A stretch of DNA of 64,000 nucleotides from Raja brachyura (Eukaryota), in assembly GCA_963514005.1 (NCBI GenBank), contig OY740782.1, forward strand, positions 150,412,001-150,476,000, written 5' to 3'. A model generated the notes under the pieces. It made no database searches. It had not been told where the DNA came from and saw nothing but the letters and a program-made list of their open reading frames with translations. Position numbers and translations under genes: made by a program. Of the stretch, positions 10,630 to 23,761 are shown in pieces (position 1 is the first letter of the stretch; every line of letters starts with the position of its first letter).

Positions 10630-12885
10630 GACTTAATGACATATAATGACTTAAACATAGTAATAAATGTTTCATAAGCACTGTCAATGTCTCTTTTTTG
10701 GTATATTATGTCCCAGTTTTGTGCCAGTAAGTCCTTTTTTAGTGCATTGATAGCTTCCTCCGATCTCACTCGTCTATATTCTGTTAGTTTGTATGGTTTG
10801 TTGTTCCTGTGGATGTAATCATAAACTATGAAAACTGGCAAGTGGTCACTTATATCGTTGATTAATAATCCACTTACTGTTTTGTTTTCAATGTCATTGT
10901 TGAATATATTGTCAATGAGTGTAGCACAATGGGAAGTAATTCTACTGGGTCTGGTGATTTTGGGAAATAGACTCATACTGCACATTGTGTTGACAAAGTC
11001 TTCTGTAAGGTTGTGTTGGTTCGGATTTAGTCGGTCAATATTGAAATCTCCACATTAAAAAACTGAAGAAAAAATGCTCAACAATAGACTAGACATATTT
11101 GTAGAAAAGCATAAACTAATCACTGAAAGTCAATATGGATTCAGATCAAACAGATCAACATCACTTGCAATACTAGAATCAATTGAAGATATCACAAACG
11201 CTATTGACAATAATCTATATGCAGCTGGGATATTTATTGATATAAAGAAAGCATTTGATACGATCAATCATGATATCTTATTTAAAAAATTAGAAAGGTA
11301 TGGCATCAGAGGCCTAGTACTGGATTGGATAAAAATCTATTTAAGTAACAGGCAACAGTTTGTGAAGCTGGGCAGCTACAGTTCTACATGTTTGGACATT
11401 GCTTGTGGTGTCCCCCAGGGGTCAGTGTTGGGTCCAAAACTATTCATCGTGTATATAAACGACATTTGTAATGTGTCCAATGCCTTGAGGCTGGTCTTGT
11501 TCGCAGACGACACAAATATTTTTTGTTCTGGGGAGAATTTAAAACAAGTACTGGACAAAATAACAAAAGAAATGGGCAAACTGAAAACATGGTTTGACAG
11601 GAACAAAATATCATTAAACTTGAGCAAATCCAAAATAATGTTATTTGGTAATTGCAGAACAAATACACAAGCGAATATAAAGATAAATGGGGTTGAAATT
11701 GAACGAGTTCATGAAAATAAATTTCTTGGGGTTATAATGGATGATAGAATCAGCTGGAAATCACACATTAAACATGTACAATCTAAACTGTCAAAAAGCA
11801 TTTCTGTATTACACAAAGTCAAGCAGGTTCTGGATCACAAATCACTCCGCATTCTCTACTGTTCACTAATCTTACCCTACTTAAATTACTGTGCAGAAGT
11901 CTGGGGCAATAACTATAAAAGTTCGCTACATTCATTAACTATTCTGCAAAAAAGAGCAATACGCATTATTCACAATGTCAGGTATCTGGATCACACTAAT
12001 TCATTATTCTTACAGTCAAAATTATTAAAATGAGCAGATTTGGTTGCATTTAAAACAGCACAGATAATGTTTAGGGCCAAAAATAAAAACTTACCTGGAA
12101 ATATACAAAAATGATTCAATGAGCGAGTGGGGGGTTATAATTTAAGAAGATTATTCAATTTTAAGGTACAAAGAATCCGCACGACCAGAAAAACGTTTTG
12201 TATTTCGGTCTGTGGAGTGGGATTGTGGAACAGTTTGAATGTGGAGTTAAAGCAATGTCCAAACATGAACCAGTTCAAAATGACAGACAAAAAACTTGTT
12301 TTCACAAGGTACAGGGATGAAGGGGATGGTTGACAAACAGGGGTTAATGTTTATTTATTTATTTTATTTATTATTTATTTATGTTTTTTGGTTACTTCAT
12401 ACATATTACTTGTATGTGTTTATCAGTTGTATGTATATATATGTCCGTATGCATCTCTAAACATTGTCTGGGGTACGTCTACGGTTAAATTGTATCTCAA
12501 ATGAATAATTGGCTATTGTAGATTATATATTGTATATTATGTTACATATTACATTACTATTGATACATTATCATTATTATTATTATTATAAGCAATGTTA
12601 TTAATAATGGTGATAATTATAATTATTAATTAACTAATTATTAAACATGGAAGAAGGGTTTGGGGAGAAGGGGTGAGATTAAATAAGTTATTCTTCTTCT
12701 CACTCCTTTACGAGCTTGTAAGGAATAAAGTGTTGGACATTTAAATGTTGCTTTATGCTTTTCATTGCTTTGCAAATATTGCCTGGAATGTCCAATTGTT
12801 TGACTATTTTGATTTTGTTCTTGTTATTTATTCCTATTTATGTCTTTACCTGTTCGGAACAAATAAATAAATAAATAAATAAATA
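10630..12885 (+). mobile_element. Crack/Daphne-like (L2-group) LINE with inverted 5' part
   Basis: RT on plus (QYGFR, DIKKAFDT, GVPQGSVLGP, FADD; 11074-12033 and beyond) with an (AAAT)n tail. APE fragment (GDFN, LIDNIF, ISDHLPVF) on minus at 10630-11057. Confidence 0.8.
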
Positions 12886-12889
12886 GATA

Positions 12890-13428
12890 AATATGATCAT
12901 GGCTGATCATCCAACTCGGTATCCTGTTCCTGCCTTCTCTCCATACCCCCTGTAGCCACAAGGGCCACATTTAACTCCCTCTTAAATATAACCAATGAAC
13001 TGGCCTCAACTACCTTCTGTGACAGGGAATTCCACAGATTCACCACTCTCTGTGTGAAAAATGCTTTTTTCATCTTGGTCCAAAAAGACTTCTCCCTTAT
13101 CCTTAAACTGTTGTTCTGGACTTCCCCAACATCGGGAACAATCTTCCTGCAAATAGCCTGTCCAACCCCTTAAGAATTTTTAAAGTTTCTATAAGATCCT
13201 CCCTCAATCTTCTAAATACCAGCGAGTACAAGCCGAGTCTATCCAGTCTTTCCTCATATGAAAGTCCTGCCATCCCAGGAATCAGTCTGGTGAACCTTCT
13301 CTGTACTCCCTCTATGGCAAGAATGTCTTTCCTCAGATTAGGAGACCAAAACTGTACGCAATACTCCAGGTGTGGTCTCACCAAGGCCCTGCACAACTAC
13401 AATAGAACCTCCCTGCTCCTATACTCAA
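12890..13428 (-). mobile_element. CR1 LINE 3' fragment
   Basis: LVRPHLEYCVQFWSP, LSYEERLDRLGLYSL. Confidence 0.9.
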
Positions 13429-13599
13429 GACTTTAGTCGCGGTTACCCTGATAGTGCGCTGAATGGAATCAGCCGAGAGTAGTCCAGGAAACCCAACTAG
13501 TGGGATGAGTGGCTTTGTGGCTCCGTGTGGCCTATTCTTATTTTGGGGGCCGATACTATCTCACTCACCCGCCGTCAAAGGCCCAACCAATGTCTCCTT

Positions 13600-16500
13600 T
13601 ATAATATTTTTATTAGAAGTCATATACAATAGGGTACATTAGGAATAATATAATACATTTCAGATACAACTTCTTGTTTTTTAATTTAATAATAAAAAAG
13701 TAATATAAGCAAAAAGAGAGAAAAAGAAAGTTAGGTAAAGTGGTGAAAGTGATCGTTCGTGAAAAGTACAAGATAAAGAGAGAAAGGAGGAGAGATATAA
13801 AAAATAAAATAAAATAAAAATAAATAACAGGAAAGTAAAACAGAAAAGATAATGAAAGGAAAATAAACTGGAAGGGATATACCTACTTCGTATCTTTGCG
13901 CATCCCTCACCCAGTTCTGAAACAGTTTATTTTCAGGATTATGTTGCACCATATGCTTGTAATAAATCGATAAAGGGAGACCAAATCTTTAAGAATTGGT
14001 CTGATTTGCCTGCTGGGACCAATCTCATATCTTCCAGGTGTAACAATTCAGACATGTTTGAAATCTACATTTTAAGCGTTGGTGTTGGTGCATTTTTCCT
14101 GAATTTTAATAAGTTTTTTTGCCGTTATTAAACCATAATTAAGGAAACTCTCTTGGAACGAAGTCAGCTCAGAGCCGGTCTCCATTGTTCCAAAGATAAT
14201 CAATTCTGCGTTGGGGTTCATTTCTGTTTTAAATACTTTTGTAAAAATTTCGAAAATTTCATTCCAAAACTTCTGAAGTTTTATACAAAAGACAAAAGAG
14301 TGTGCTGTAGTTGCATCTTGAGATAAGCATTTATCACAGATGGGTGAGACAGGTGGAAATATTTTATTCCATTTAGTTTTTGAGTAATATAATCTATGTA
14401 AAATGTTACATTGAATTAAGGTATGTCTTACATTTATCGAGCATTTATGTACATATAGCAAATATTTATCCCATCTGTCTTTCGAGATATTTATAAATAA
14501 TTCTTGTTCCCAATCGCTTCTGATTGCATCAGACGGTGGTATCTCTATGTTTAAAATGATATTATACAAATATGATATTAAATTAGTAGAATCCGTGTTT
14601 CTGTTCATAGCTTCATCTAGTATATCTGAAGTCAAAGTTTTATGTTCTTTTGTATGTTTTTTCAAGTAGTCACGGATTTGAAGATATTTAAAGTACTGAT
14701 TACTTTTCAGGTTATATTTAAGTTGTAGTTGTTGGAATGATAAAAGATTTCCCATTTCATACATTTCTCCAAAGGTTTTAATTCCTATTCTTTCCCAGTG
14801 TGTAAACGTTTTATCAATAATAGATGGATTAAACGAGGGATTATTAACAATAGGAGAGAGACGCAATAGATTTCTTAATTTGAAAGTTAATTTTATTTGT
14901 TTCCACGTTCGTATTGTACTATGAATAATTGGATTTTTCTTGTATATTGTATTATTCAGTTTTATCGGTGAGAGAAGGATCGCTCCTATATGAAACGGAG
15001 AGCAGTCCTCTCTCTCCATTGCTATCCAATCTACCTGTTGGGCAGAATTGTCCAACAAGTAAATTATATTTTTAGTATCCGTTGCCCAGTGATAGTACAG
15101 AAAGTTGGGTAGTGTCAGTCCGCCAAATTCCTTGGGTTTACACAAGTGTCTGCTTTGAATTCTATGGGACTTATAGTCCCATATGAAATTTGTGATATCA
15201 GAGTCAACTTTTTACAAAAAAAATGTAGGTAAATATATTGGAATTGATTGAAATAAATATAAGATTTGTGACAGAAAAAACATTTTTATGGCATTTATTC
15301 AGCCTATTAAAGACATCAGTAGTTTTTTCCAAAATTTAATCAGAGCATTTAATTTAGTAAGTAAGGGCATGTAGTTTGCATTGAATAAATATTTAAATTT
15401 TCTAGTAATTTGAATACCCAGATATTTACATTTTTCTGTAGCAATTCTAAAGGGGATTTTAAAGGGTGTGTTGGTTCTTGAGGTTTTATCGTCATAATTT
15501 CACTTTTATTCCAATTTATTCTATATCCTGAAAAGGATCCAAATTCCTCTATTAAATTTAATATATTTGGTATGTTAGAAACATAGAAATTAGGTGCAGA
15601 AGTAGGCCATTCGGCCCTTCGAGCCTGCACCGCCATTCAATATGATCATGGCTGATCATCCAACTCAGTATCCCGTACCTGCCTTCTCTCCATACCCTCT
15701 GATCCCCTTAGCCACAAGGGCCACATCTAACTCCCTCTTAAATATAGCCAATGAACTGGCCTCAACTACCCTCTGTGGCAGAGAGTTCCAGAGACCCACC
15801 ACCCTCTGTGTCAAAAAATTCCTTCTCATCTCGGTCCTAAAGGATTTCCCCCTTATCCTTAAGCTGTGACCCCTTGTCCTGGACCTCCCCAACATCGGGA
15901 ACAATCTTCCTGCATCTAGCCTGTCCAACCCCTTAAGAATCTTGTAAGTTTCTATAAGATCCCCTCTCAATCTCCTAAATTCTAGAGAGTATAAACCGAG
16001 TCTATGCAGTCTTTGTTCATAAGACAGTCCTGACATCCCAGGAATCAGTCTGGTGAACCTTCGCTGCACTTCTTCTATGGCAATAATGTTCTTCCTCAGA
16101 TTTGGAGACCAGAACTGTACGCAATACTCCAGGTGTGGCCTCACCAAGACCCTATACAACTGAAGTAGAACCTCCCTGCTCCTATACTCAAATCCTTTTG
16201 CTATGAAAGCTAACATACTATTGGCTTTCTTCACTGCCTGCTGTACCTGCATGCCTACTTTCAATGACTGGTGTACCATGACACCCAGGTCGCGCTGCAT
16301 CTCCCCTTTTCCTAATCGGCCACCATTTAGATAGTAGTCGGTTTTCCTATTTTTGCCACCAAAGTGGATAACCTCACATTTACCCACATTATACTGCAAA
16401 TGTTGATTTGCGATTTTGTAATATATAATAATACGTCGTCTGCATTTACTGATATTTTATTATTTGTATGTGTTGTATTATAACCATGGATGTTCGGATG

Positions 16501-16810
16501 CATTCTTGTACTTTCTGCTAAGGGTTCTATCACAAGAGAAAATAGCAGGGGTGATAGTGCACATCCCTGTCTGTTGCCCCTGGATAGTTGAAATTTCGAA
16601 GAGAGTGTATTATTAGTCAGTGTTCTAGCAGTTGGCTTGTCATATAATAATTTTACCCATAAGATAAAATTCTCTCCTATTTGAATTTTTTGCAATACTT
16701 TGAAGAGATTATCCCACCTGGTCAAATGCTTTTTCTGCATCCAATGAAATAATTGATAAGTCTTCCTCTTTAGTATTATGTGAATACATTATATTAAACC
16801 AATGTCTAAG
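13600..16810 (-). mobile_element. L1-clade LINE ORF2 3' part (RT to C-terminus), split by a CR1 insertion
   Basis: RGNRQGCALSPLLF, NADD, FSGYRINWNKSE, GGLTLPNF, CDKC...HSFVFC. The frame resumes across 15577-16398 with ATGTT on both sides. Confidence 0.88.
15577..16398 (-). mobile_element. CR1 LINE 3' fragment nested in L1
   Basis: Open ORF 15665-16399 (KCEVIHFG...RPHLEYCVQFWSP...GTGY*) with (ATAGAAAC) tail. Confidence 0.92.
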
Positions 16811-17379
16811 TGAAAGCATACCCAAGTTGGGTAACAGGGAAATCGACCTGAACTAATTTACTATCCGTTGGATTAATGTGATCCCAGCTAATTCCAGATG
16901 CTGCTGATTAATTCTTAATGTCTATCATTGTCTCTTCTTGCCCATTCTAGACTCCATACCCAGAATCATACCCACGTACTTTGCTGATCTCTCTGCCGGT
17001 GCGGCTGTATCAAATGCACTCTCGTTGCTCTGAAACATTTTTTTGAATATTCGACAGTAATATTAGAAGGTATTGTGATATAGCTTAGAGCTTGGTGGAG
17101 CAAACAGTTCGTCACGACGACCTATTTGTCGAAGATAGCTACTGTATCAGGGGAGGTTGCAAAATGAGCTTATGTGGTTGTTCTCCTCCTGGAACTTTGG
17201 CATAAAATGCATTCAAATATATTTGACCTTAACGTCATCGGACACCCGAGCGCGCAATGGTCGCATAATCAAAGTCACTCCTGTTCTACTAGCCAGTGAC
17301 GATCTGAGAAAAAATATATTTAGGGAAATGGTGGAACATGAAGAAATACGAGAGCGCATTTATCGTAAGGTGCTGGTTC

Positions 17380-17848
17380 ATAGAAACATAGAAAATAGGT
17401 GTAGGAGGAGGCCATTCGGCCCTTCGATCCAGCACCACCATTCAATGTTATCATGGCTGATCGTCCGCTATCAATAACCCGTGCCTGCCTTCTCCCCATA
17501 TCCCTTGACTCCACTAGCCCCTAGAGCTCTATCCAACTATCTTAAATCCATCCAGTGATTTGGCCTCCACTTCCCTCTGTGGCAGGGAATTACATAAATT
17601 CACAACTCTCTGGGTTCAAAAGTGTTTTCTCACCTCAGTCTTAAATGACCTCCCCTTTATTCTAAGACTGTGGTCCCTGGTTCTGGACTCGCCCAACAGT
17701 GGGAACATTTTTCCTGCATCTAGCTTGTCCAGTCCTTTTATAATGTTATATGTTTCTATAAGATCCCCCCTCATCCTTCCAAATTCCAGTGAAGACAAGC
17801 CTAGTCTTTTCAATCTTTCCTCATATGACAATCCCGCCATCCCAGGGT
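17380..17848 (-). mobile_element. CR1 LINE 3' fragment
   Basis: GLSYEERLKRLGL, RMRGDLIETY; typical tail. Confidence 0.88.
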
Positions 17849-18144
17849 TCCTTCGAGAAACAAACAAGGCAAACCAGCTCAGGCTTTTGTAGTTCCGCTT
17901 TTATTTGTGATTTAACAGAAACATATTACAGAGACGTTTTTAACAGCATAACACGAAGTGGTCAAAACAACTGAATTCCACGCTGAGACCAGGTACATTG
18001 AACATGTCAAAGGTTAGCTCTGAATTAAGGAAAGGACAATTGAGCAGAAAAGGAGTAAATAGATATTTGCTCATACGTGGAATGTGCGCACCCGTTGGAT
18101 TGTTGGGTATGTATTTACACATGTATTTACATTACATTTTATTT

Positions 18145-18380
18145 ACAGGCTTTTGGTTTGGCCGCACTTGGAGTATAGTGTGGAGGTCAGGTCGTCCCTT
18201 CGAAGGAATAATGTGGAGGCTTTGGAGAAGATGCAGAAGAGGTTTACTAGAATGCTGCAGGGGTTAGAATCATTAGCTATAAGAAGAGGTTGGCAAACAC
18301 GGATTGTTTTCTTTGGCGCGTCGGAGGTTGAAGGGAGACCCGGTAGATGTTGTTAGAATAATGACAGTCATAGATAGTGA
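18145..18380 (+). mobile_element. Old CR1 fragment just 3' of TM2
   Basis: LVWPHLEYSV...LEKMQKRFTRML. Confidence 0.7.
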
Positions 18381-18759
18381 GTCTGAATTTAACATGAAGT
18401 TGACGATCTCACATAAACAGCGTTCCCGACTTTCTATTCAACGGCATTCAACACCGGAAGGACACAAATATGGCCCATGCTAAAGAAAAAGAGAATGTAT
18501 AGAAAAAAGATCAAAATAAAAAAAGAAATGTTTACCGTTTGAGAAAATTGACTTCTTTTCACATGATATTCAAATGCCGATTAAAATAGTTTGATACATT
18601 AACGCTATACTAAAGGCAACTAGGCAATATCAAACAAGTCAGATAGACAGAATGGACTATTGCTTATGACATTGTCCGCTTCAGATTTGAACATTTCCCT
18701 TGGTTACAACGACGTCCATAGTCCGGTCAGAAAAATACACGGTTTTCATCATTCAATCG

Positions 18760-18768
18760 TCACTTGAC
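18760..18768 (-). CDS. IGHM: IgM transmembrane exon TM2 (VK*; cytoplasmic tail KVK)
   Basis: CTCTCTTTACAG|GTC AAG TGA. Confidence 0.9.
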   Translation of the reverse strand, partial: VK

Positions 18769-18902
18769 CTGTAAAGAGAGGGAGAGAATATGAAAGTGTA
18801 TTAGCAGTCTGTGGCTTAGATGCCAGGACATCCAAAGAGTACGAGAATCGATATTTTGCCGTGCTCTTCAGTCAGGTGGAAAAGTAAGTGGAATGAACTC
18901 GC

Positions 18903-19030
18903 CTTCACCAGAGTTACGGCAGCGCCGTAGGAAATGCTCAGGAAGAACAGGATAATGAATGTGGAAGCGGTTGTCCAGATATTGTCTCTGTCTTCCTCAT
19001 AGTCTTCAAGACGAACGTTGTCAGCGTAAT
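18903..19030 (-). CDS. IGHM: IgM transmembrane exon TM1
   Basis: DYADNVRLEDYEEDRDNIWTTASTFIILFFLSISYGAAVTLVK: acidic spacer plus CART motif. Phase-1 acceptor matches the CH4 internal donor; the exon ends at AAG|GCGAGT. Confidence 0.95.
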
Positions 19031-20064
19031 CTACGCAAAGCAGAACGCGAAGACGTTCACAATATATTCTAATATACAACATTGAATTTATTTATTATTT
19101 ACCAAAATAATACGAACATTAACATTAGGGATATTAATTTCCAATGCGCTGTTTTTACGTTGAGGTGATCATCCTCAACAATTGTATCCAAAATCAAGGC
19201 CACTTGTAGACACAGCTGCTAATAACCAACCGTTTATGAATAGTTTTGGAGAAAGCAATGTGTATGTAAATTTCTGGGATTAATTGTCCATTCTATAAAC
19301 GTCCGCTTCCCATTAATATAATTTACTAACCGGGATGGTATAAAACTTGAAGCTGGTTATTGCTTACAATGTTATCAGATAACCCTTTATTTGGAGATGG
19401 TGACCGGAGATCGGCGAAGGAACTCACTGAATGCAAACATTGGCTCCCAATAATTTGCCATCATTCCCTCATTAGAACCATGTTGTCTGATGTATCCTGT
19501 TTTCGGTTAGGGGATGGAGGAAGGCTTGTGTACACAAAAATAACTGTGAACCATTTTATAGGCATTGTCTTTCTAGTGTAAAACATGGAGCATGAATGAT
19601 CTACGGTTACACTTAGTTTTTAGGAACGCGTGGAAAACTACTGGTTAAATGATCTGAATGGCCCTTCCGTTTGCCTGTAACTAGGTAGATTTGTATCATT
19701 AAGCATAAGTTTGCCTAAATCCTAACATTCTTTTCGTATTGGTTCATGGTCGTGTGTGTGTGTGTGTGTGTGTGAGAGTGTATGTGTGCGTGTATGCGCG
19801 CGTGTGTGTGTGTGTGCGAGCACATATACTGCGTGCGTTGCTGTGGAAAATCTATTTCAACGTCACTCAGCATTTATGAAGAAGAAAAATATAATATGAG
19901 CCAATATATCTACTAGCGTGTATTGTCACAGGAAATTTGCTTTGAAAGTCCATTGGTATTAAAGTGAGAGCCTAAATGCATTTGTGTTGTATTAATGTTG
20001 GGTTTTTTTGTGCAAATATGTGCTTTTAGCTAACCATTTTTGTGCAAATATGCACTTTTAGCGA

Positions 20065-20369
20065 ACCAGGGGCACAGTCTTCCAATAAAGGGGAGGTCAT
20101 TTAAGTTGAGGTGAGAAAAAACTTTTTCACCCAGAGAGTTGTGAATTTATGGAATTCCCTGCCACAGAGGGCAGTGGAGGCCAAGTCACTGGATGGATTT
20201 AACAGAGAGTTAGATAGAGCTGTAGGGGCTAGTGGAGTCAAGGGATATGGGGAGAAGGCAGGCACGGGTTATTGATTGGGGACGATCAGCCATGACCACA
20301 ATGAATGGCGGTGCTGGCTTGAAGGGCCGAATGGCCTCCTCCTGCGCCTATTTTCTATGTTTCTATGTT
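20065..20369 (+). mobile_element. CR1 3' end in the CH4-TM1 intron
   Basis: FTQRVVNLWNSLP region, 3' UTR and TTTCTATG tail. Confidence 0.85.
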
Positions 20370-20960
20370 CCTATTATTTTGCATTTCAAAGAATGTTTGA
20401 TTGCTGGTCTGTTTAGGTGGATGTCCATGTGCTATGGGGTAAACATGTCGTTAATTGCGTTTTATGTATGTTTCTATGCGACCCCATAAATGATTTTATT
20501 TTTGTGCGCTTGCTGATGTTTTGTGGTGAGTATGCTTCGTGTACATCTGGGGGAGAGCTGGAAACGGATGTGGCCTTGTCTAATGCTCGAGCAGGCGTGT
20601 TATTCAATGTCTCGCCGCATCTGATATTTGGCTCTAAGTTTGTGTTCTCACGAGCCACTCAGAGCGGTGATCCCACCATTCGCCTGCACACATTGTGATG
20701 ACCGTTTAATAACTGAACGCCACAGCATTCTTGACCCGGAGTTAAATGGCCCACTTCTTCATGGGAACAATCTATAATGGTGACACTTTATTCTTGTTCT
20801 TTAGGTTCCACTTAGTTGTACTTAGAATTACGTTACTTTCATTGAATTGATACAGGCTGTTTCTGCTCTACGCTCCTGAAGCCATTCTGCATCATGTGCA
20901 TCATGTTACATTCTCTTATCATTAATATATGGATGTTCCTCTCTCATTCCTTCTTTTTGG

Positions 20961-21252
20961 NNNNNNNNNNNNNNNNNNNNNNNNNNNNNNNNNNNNNNNN
21001 NNNNNNNNNNNNNNNNNNNNNNNNNNNNNNNNNNNNNNNNNNNNNNNNNNNNNNNNNNNNNNNNNNNNNNNNNNNNNNNNNNNNNNNNNNNNNNNNNNNN
21101 NNNNNNNNNNNNNNNNNNNNNNNNNNNNNNNNNNNNNNNNNNNNNNNNNNNNNNNNNNNNNNNNNNNNNNNNNNNNNNNNNNNNNNNNNNNNNNNNNNNN
21201 NNNNNNNNNNNNNNNNNNNNNNNNNNNNNNNNNNNNNNNNNNNNNNNNNNNN
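20961..21252. other. Assembly gap in the CH4-TM1 intron
   Basis: Run of N. Confidence 1.
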
Positions 21253-21608
21253 AATAGTGTTCATATATATTGAGTGCATGGCACGATGTAAACGTTTCAG
21301 ATCCTGCCTCAGGTCTGAATGGATTGGAAACAGGAGAAGGAGGGACACGGAGATCCAAAGGCATGGACCCATATCTGCCCAGCAAGAGCAATAATGTTGA
21401 AGTGTGTCCGCGATGCGTGCAGTGGTGCAGTTGTGACTTATCTCCAAAACCCCGTTGTTACTGTGTGTGCAGTCTGCATCCGTTTTCCGTGAATTGTGGC
21501 CAAGATTTTCAAGTATCAACGTTAATATATAGTCATCGTTTTGGCAGAATGTTTTATATAATTAATTGGGTGGCCATGTGTCCAGCTCAAGATTGGAGGT
21601 TAAAGATA

Positions 21609-21624
21609 TTTATTAGTATTTATT
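21609..21624 (-). promoter_or_regulatory. Secretory-form polyadenylation signals (two AATAAA)
   Basis: AATAAA on the minus strand at 21624-21619 and 21614-21609, about 30-40 nt after the stop. Confidence 0.8.
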
Positions 21625-21651
21625 TCAGAGAAATTTGCAAGGAATTCATTC

Positions 21652-22043
21652 TCATTGACAGGAATTGACAGTGTCCATCAATACAAGGGAAACGTTGACA
21701 AAACTGGGTTTACCGCTGGACTTATTGACCGTTCTGACGATGGTCTTCATGGGGAGTGCTTCGTGCCCCACCAGACAGGAGAAGGAGGCTCCGCTAGCCC
21801 ACTGCTCTGCCCCAACGGATAACAGGCTGTAGGTGAAGAAGGTGTCATTGCCGTTCTCCGCCTCCACCTCGGTGTTCCTGTACTTGCTCCAATGCACCCG
21901 CTTGTCATCAACTGTCCATGTGACAAAGACCCTGCGAGGGGAGAATCCTCTCACAAAGCAGGTGAGGGTGATAGTCTTGTGAGCGGAGATCTCTTCTGTC
22001 GGCGGCAGAAGGACTGAGACGGACGGTGCCAGCAGATGTTGAG
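21652..22043 (-). CDS. IGHM: IgM CH4 exon plus secretory tailpiece
   Basis: [15 protein letters not shown]...[10 protein letters not shown]...[11 protein letters not shown]...[23 protein letters not shown]. The tail has the NVS sequon and penultimate Cys typical of mu chains. An internal G|GTAAA donor after 21714 serves the membrane form. Confidence 0.97.
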
Positions 22044-22586
22044 CTACGGGACAATTCAAATGGCGTTTATTATACAAGACGGTTAAAGTGATTAAAAGCT
22101 AATATATTTGTACGTGAGTAAACTGCCAACCGACAGTATTAACGGCATTGCTTTCCCCTTTTGTGACTTGTCTCTTTGTTCAGACATATACACCTGAACG
22201 TGCGTCTCTCCTGTGCACGGCAGAAGATTTGTATGAATCACTTCACACACTCACAACACAAGATCAAGCTATTCGCCGTCTCTGGTCAGTGTTATTTCTG
22301 ATGACCATGGTTGTCTCCTGCTCCTTTTGTCATTTATTACTAAATGCAGTTCTACCTTGGTTCATCTGTCTCACGAATTCCCACCTCATATTCATGCAAA
22401 GTCATCTCGTATTCTCTCTTTTCCAGCTCTGACCAAGGACTCAGTGAAGTCTTAGCACTATTTCATTTTGCATATATTGCTTCGCCGACTGAGTGATCTC
22501 AATCATTACATTTAGATTTATCTCAGAAGAAAAGTGCACCAGTCACCTCTGGCCCACAGGACCCCTCTGCAGCTACCCCGGCTCAC

Positions 22587-22889
22587 CTTTCTTCCAGTTG
22601 ATTCGTCCAGTTTTTGGAGACGGCAGATCATCATGGCTCACCACGCATTCGAAATAATCCCCACTCAGCCAGTCATGAGTCGAAATGTTGACTTTGCTCT
22701 CTACGATATCCCCATGTTCTGTGGGCTGGATCTCTGATTCCAAATGTTCCTTCTTGTGGTTCCAAGATACTGTGATACCATAAGGTGCATTGGATACCCG
22801 ACAGGTTAATGTCACGGTCATCTCCATTAACTCTTGTTCAACAGGTGGTGGAAGGATTGTAATCTTCGGTTCATCGCAGGAATTAGGAT
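22587..22889 (-). CDS. IGHM: IgM CH3 exon
   Basis: 303 nt, phase 1-1; DPNSCDEPKITILPPP...LTCRVSNAPYGITVSW...FECVVSHDDLPSP; CACAG acceptor and GTGAG donor. Confidence 0.95.
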
Positions 22890-23111
22890 CTGTGGCACAA
22901 TAATTAATGTGAACATAAGCATTTGCAGGAGTAACCGGGATCGAAGGTTTACACCAAGCATCCGCCCCCAAAACCTTAATATGTACATGACCCCTTCTGA
23001 GTAGTGATTCTGGGAACATGGGTCGTAAATCGTCATGAACTGCCTTTTGTCTGTGTGCAGTGAACGACACAATGAATGAAATGAGAGATCGCACCATGGG
23101 CTATAGCACGA

Positions 23112-23665
23112 TAGGCACACAATGCTGGAGTACTGTATCTCAGCGGGTCAGGCAGCGGGTCAGCATCTCTGCAGAAAATGAATACGTGCCGTTTCGGGTC
23201 CACACCCTCCTTTAACAGGTATTAACAGGTACAAATAAAAAAATAAGGATCTCCACCTCCTTGCCAGTGATGACCCACCTATACCGTCTCCACTAGCTTC
23301 CTCCTCTTGGACTTGCATTCCATCTCTCTCCGGCCACCCCCCACCCTCGTCATCCGACTAGTTTCACTGCGGTCCTGTTTCGTTTCACTCTTTGTATCTA
23401 CTCGTTATCACCATTTCCAGAGCAACAACGGACCAATGTGGCCTCGACCTTTCCTTGTTCATCGTTGCTGGCTTTGATTTGTTCTTTTCATTCATTTGTT
23501 TGTCCATTCTCATACCTCTAGTTTCCCTCTCCTCTGATTCCAAGTCGGAAGATGAGTCTCGACCCGAATCGTCACCTATTCCTTTTCTATGCAGATGCCT
23601 AACCCGCTGTTTCTTGGGAATTATGTTTCTATTTTTAGTGCAAACCAGCATCTGCACTTCTATTC
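23112..23665. mobile_element. Penelope-derived element with inverted arms in the CH2-CH3 intron
   Basis: ATGCTGGAG...CTCAGCGGGTCAGGCAGCATCTCT arm and a degenerate reverse copy near 23580-23610; same family as 32682-32870. Confidence 0.55.
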
Positions 23666-23761
23666 TACACATAGGCTTTCACAATGTCACTGAAGTACTA
23701 CCACCGTGAGCGCTAATGTTTACACTAATATCCCGAGACATACCACGGATGTATTTCTTAC

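Noticed and set aside
20894-21519. ORFs spanning the gap; possible extra C or TM exon
   Set aside because: Open only because of Ns. The flanks show no Ig-domain motif, though gap content is unknown.
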